Below are positions 17,331 through 20,000 of a stretch of DNA of 20,000 bases, one piece after another. How positions within the stretch are numbered: position 1 is the stretch's first letter; every line of letters starts with the position of its first letter. A program made the position numbers and the translations under genes. The notes beneath the pieces are model-generated. The model was given only the letters and a program-made list of their open reading frames with translations. It was not told the DNA's origin and made no database searches. Location of the stretch: the IMG/VR virus record IMGVR_UViG_3300020349_000009; one strand, given 5' to 3'. The DNA is from an uncultured virus (IMG/VR IMGVR_UViG_3300020349_000009) (taxonomy: Duplodnaviria > Heunggongvirae > Uroviricota > Caudoviricetes).

Positions 17331-17731
17331 TGGCTTATAGCAAAGAAGTAATAGATCATTACGAAAATCCAAGGAACGTAGGTAAATTAGATATAGAAGA
17401 TAAGTCTGTTGGTACAGGCATGGTCGGTGCGCCAGCTTGTGGTGATGTTATGAAATTGCAGATAAAGGTTAAAGATAACATAATTGAGGACGCTAAATTT
17501 AAAACTTATGGTTGTGGTTCTGCTATTGCTAGTAGTAGTCTTCTCACAGAGTGGATCAAGGGCAAATCTCTTGACAGTGCCGCAACAATCACAAATGAGG
17601 CTATTGCAGACGAGCTTGCTTTACCACCAGTTAAAATCCACTGTTCTGTTTTGGCCGAAGATGCCGTAAGATCTGCGATAAATGATTATAAGGAGAAAAA
17701 CAATGCCGATGAAAAAAAAACCTACGCCTAG
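17330..17731 (+). CDS. iscU: Fe-S cluster assembly scaffold protein IscU (phage auxiliary metabolic gene)
   Basis: MAYSKEVIDHYENPRNVG, GAPACGDVM, FKTYGCGSAIASSS, LPPVKIHCS: all three Cys, the Asp, the His and the HscA-binding LPPVK motif are intact; GTG start overlaps the upstream TAG. Confidence 0.97.
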   Translation: MAYSKEVIDHYENPRNVGKLDIEDKSVGTGMVGAPACGDVMKLQIKVKDNIIEDAKFKTYGCGSAIASSSLLTEWIKGKSLDSAATITNEAIADELALPPVKIHCSVLAEDAVRSAINDYKEKNNADEKKTYA

Positions 17732-17918
17732 AATTAAGAAAAGCGCAGGCTCAACAGTAAACAAAGCTGGTAATTATACTAAGCCTACTATGCGTAAGAA
17801 TTTATTTAACAAGATAAAGGCTGGTAATAAGGGCGGCAGTTCAGGTCAATGGTCTGCACGTAAAGCTCAGATGCTGGCTAAAGAATACAAAGCTAAAGGC
17901 GGAGGTTATAAGTCATGA
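17703..17918 (+). CDS. Small basic protein, similar to the N-terminal part of DUF5872-type proteins
   Basis: AGGAG at 17691-17695 supports ATG 17703 (71 aa); YTKPTMR...GNKGG..GQWSARKAQMLAKEYKAKGGGY signature. Confidence 0.75.
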   Translation: MPMKKKPTPRIKKSAGSTVNKAGNYTKPTMRKNLFNKIKAGNKGGSSGQWSARKAQMLAKEYKAKGGGYKS

Positions 17919-18058
17919 AGGTTAAAGCACCAGCAGGTTTTCATTGGATGAAACAAAAAGATGGAAGCATGAAGCTTATGAAACATAAAGGTAAGTTTGT
18001 TAAGCATAAAGGCGCTTCTCTCGAAGCAAACTTTGCAGTTCAAAAGGTACATAAGTAA
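17915..18058 (+). CDS. Small basic Lys/His-rich protein (47 aa), not in the ORF track
   Basis: MKVKAPAGFHWMKQKDGSMKLMKHKGKFVKHKGASLEANFAVQKVHK; GGAGG RBS at 17901-17905; ATGA overlap with the upstream stop and TAATG overlap with the downstream start, filling the gap exactly. Confidence 0.85.
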   Translation: MKVKAPAGFHWMKQKDGSMKLMKHKGKFVKHKGASLEANFAVQKVHK

Positions 18059-18315
18059 TGGCTGGATTAAAGAAACCTCAGAAGTCTTTAAAGAAATGGA
18101 CTAAACAAGATTGGAGAACTAAGTCTGGTAAACCTAGTACTCAAGGCGCTAAGGCTACAGGAGAACGCTATCTCCCTGCTAAAGCTATCAAGTCTATGTC
18201 TAGCAAAGAGTATTCTGAAACGTCAGCTAAGAAACGCAAAGACACTAAAGCTGGTAAGCAACATAGCAAACAGCCTAAAGCAATCGCAAGAAAAACTCGG
18301 AGGCATCGTAAGTAA
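18058..18315 (+). CDS. Small basic protein, similar to the C-terminal part of DUF5872-type proteins
   Basis: 85 aa; QKSLKKWTKQDWRTKSG...GERYLPAKA...KKR...GKQ signature; TAATG coupling at both ends. Confidence 0.75.
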   Translation: MAGLKKPQKSLKKWTKQDWRTKSGKPSTQGAKATGERYLPAKAIKSMSSKEYSETSAKKRKDTKAGKQHSKQPKAIARKTRRHRK

Positions 18316-18602
18316 TGGCCAAGAAAAAAGATCCACGCTTAGCAAGAGCTGGCGTAACAGGGTTCAATAAACCTAAACGAACCCCTTCACACAAAACTAA
18401 ATCGCACGTTGTTGTAGCAAAGCAAGGTGATCAGATAAAGACTATACGTTTTGGTCAGCAGGGCGTAACAGGAGCTGGCAAGAATCCTTCAAGTGCAAAG
18501 GACAAGGCTCGTAAGAAGTCTTACTACGCTCGCCACAATGCACAAGACTCTAGCCCTAGTAAACTATCAGCTCGTTACTGGTCGCACAAAACTAAGTGGT
18601 AG
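18315..18602 (+). CDS. Small basic phage protein ('IRFG...ARH...ARYWS' family)
   Basis: 95 aa; GGAGG RBS; KTIRFGQQG...RKKSYYARH...SARYWSHKTKW, a motif set I recall from small viral proteins of unknown function. Confidence 0.75.
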   Translation: MAKKKDPRLARAGVTGFNKPKRTPSHKTKSHVVVAKQGDQIKTIRFGQQGVTGAGKNPSSAKDKARKKSYYARHNAQDSSPSKLSARYWSHKTKW

Positions 18603-18813
18603 GATGATTAAGAGCTTCTAGTTCTAGTTCTAAATAAGAATGAAGAGGCTCTAGTTTTTCAGAGCAAAGTTTTAAAAGCTTACGCATCAGTTGAAGGTCA
18701 TCACCTTTAAATACTTTGTGCAGATCCTCTTCAGGTACTCCTGACATTTCTGTCATAACAATACCTGAAGAGTTTACTACTACTTTAAAGCCTATTAAGT
18801 TTCCTTCTTTCAT
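18592..18813 (-). CDS. Hypothetical protein, last gene of the leftward arm
   Basis: 73 aa; ATGA overlap with the reductase stop, with GGGAG upstream on the - strand. Confidence 0.7.
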   Translation of the reverse strand: MKEGNLIGFKVVVNSSGIVMTEMSGVPEEDLHKVFKGDDLQLMRKLLKLCSEKLEPLHSYLELELEALNHPTT

Positions 18814-20000
18814 ACAATTTCACAACTCCCTGCTACGCAAGCTAACTCCTGTGTTCCTGTAGTGGTATCTTCCGTTTCAAACTTTCCAAGCTCATCCCAA
18901 TCAATAGTCTTAGGCATCTTAGATAAAGCTTCTTTATATTCTTCTTTAGTGATTGCTGTATAAGGCGCTTGCTGATATACATGATCTGTACGGGGCAAGA
19001 AACTAATACCTGAGCAACTATCTAACCGTTCCCATAACCACTGTCCAGCCGCTAAGAACTCTTCGTCTGCGTAGTATATAGTTACGCTAGGCTTATGCTC
19101 ACACCAATGGTTCTGGTATATTTCCCACAAGTCTAATTGCTGTTGAACATTCAACTCATCTACGCTTGTTGATCCAGCAGGGGCTTTGATGGGGAACGAG
19201 AACACATAGTTGTCTTCGTTCATCACATCTTTTTCCCACGGAACTCCAGCATCTACTAAGAAAGCTGAGATAGGGTCTTTGCCATCACTGCGTACTGTAC
19301 GAATGTACTGATCAGAGAACCTAGCATGTATGCCTGACGCACTGTCTACTAGCTGAGACACAGTGCCACTAGGCTTAACTGCTGTAATAGCTGTTGATTG
19401 ATTGATGCCTAACTTCTCAGCCCACTTCTTGTTAATCTTTACTGCCGTAGCTTTAAGCTTTTCAAGTACGTCAGGAAGATTTGACATATTAGGATGCTCG
19501 AACCAAGTGCCTTTCTTTTGAGCGCCTGACATAACAGGATGATCCATAATGCCTGTCATGCTTACGCCAAGCAAGGCTTCTTCTGCTGTGTTCTTTTTCC
19601 AGATAGATCGTACATATCTGAAGTCAGTAAGAGAAGCTTGAAGTGTGCCGAGTATAGTAGCAATCTCAACCTTTCGGTTTAAATCATCGAAGGTGTCAGT
19701 GCTTCGTATAACTATCTCGGAAAGATTACACACTTGTGCAGACCTCAAGATTATCTCAGAGCATGGATTAGTTCCAAACGAATGGTCTACTTCTCTACGT
19801 CCGTGTCGCTCCGATTGTTTCTTTGCCGCAGTCCTAGAGAAGATGCCACGCTCGCCAGCTTTAGACTTATACAACGCAACCCATTCTTCCAAAAAGGTTT
19901 CAAAGTCTGGCCTGTCTGTGTATACAGCACTGTTATTAGCAAGCGCACGTTGTGTATCAGTCTCCCACCAATTACCAGACTTAGCATGACGCATCCGATC
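18810..20000 (-). CDS. nrdJ: Class II (adenosylcobalamin-dependent) ribonucleotide reductase, C-terminal part; 5' end beyond the window
   Basis: GTNPCSEI active-site loop (19752-19775), CNLSE, VKPSGTVSQL, C-terminal redox pair CVAGSC; frame open to 20000 (DRMRHAK...). Class II call rests on resemblance to monomeric RTPR-type phage enzymes. Confidence 0.88.
   Translation of the reverse strand, partial: DRMRHAKSGNWWETDTQRALANNSAVYTDRPDFETFLEEWVALYKSKAGERGIFSRTAAKKQSERHGRREVDHSFGTNPCSEIILRSAQVCNLSEIVIRSTDTFDDLNRKVEIATILGTLQASLTDFRYVRSIWKKNTAEEALLGVSMTGIMDHPVMSGAQKKGTWFEHPNMSNLPDVLEKLKATAVKINKKWAEKLGINQSTAITAVKPSGTVSQLVDSASGIHARFSDQYIRTVRSDGKDPISAFLVDAGVPWEKDVMNEDNYVFSFPIKAPAGSTSVDELNVQQQLDLWEIYQNHWCEHKPSVTIYYADEEFLAAGQWLWERLDSCSGISFLPRTDHVYQQAPYTAITKEEYKEALSKMPKTIDWDELGKFETEDTTTGTQELACVAGSCEIV

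Noticed and set aside
17484..17669. Signal-peptide-like ORF nested in iscU as a possible o-spanin
   Set aside because: No lipobox Cys, TTG start, and it lies within a highly conserved host-type gene; probably a shadow frame.
18658..18675. Weak inverted repeats near the arm junction as a terminator
   Set aside because: Only about 5-bp stems (GCTCT/AGAGC) inside coding sequence, without a convincing U-tract.
19645..19989. + strand 114-aa ORF and - strand 19787-19987 ORF
   Set aside because: Antisense or out-of-frame shadows of the ribonucleotide reductase gene.
1..20000. CRISPR arrays, tRNA/rRNA genes, introns, inteins or IS elements
   Set aside because: The window is almost fully coding with intergenic gaps of about 20 nt or less; no repeat-spacer pattern, transposase or intein motifs seen, and the visible reductase portion is uninterrupted.

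Overview
Fragment of an AT-rich tailed dsDNA phage genome, most consistent with a marine podovirus-type phage (inference from gene families and order). Positions 1-18602 form one tightly packed, translationally coupled + strand late arm. It holds a block of putative internal virion/ejection proteins (756, 494, 228, 664 and 2565 aa), a lysis pair (peptidase M15 endolysin and 3-TM holin-like protein), three overlapping exported/membrane protein genes, an intact iscU Fe-S scaffold gene and four small, very basic proteins, one of them missing from the ORF track. A convergent - strand arm enters from the right with the C-terminal part of a class II ribonucleotide reductase. The most notable signal is in the 2565-aa protein: after a ~1060-aa helical core it carries a string of distinct modules (ADP-ribosyltransferase-like, DUF6973-like, LysM plus unknown domain, 'EEIQSD' domain). 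The module junctions and the C-terminus carry the same short motif, roughly [RK]-x-x-[FYV]-x-x-G-G-x-[VI], which also occurs at the N-terminus of the 756-aa protein. This suggests a virion-delivered effector polyprotein with repeated processing or packaging signals. All family assignments come from motif recognition by eye; no database search was run.
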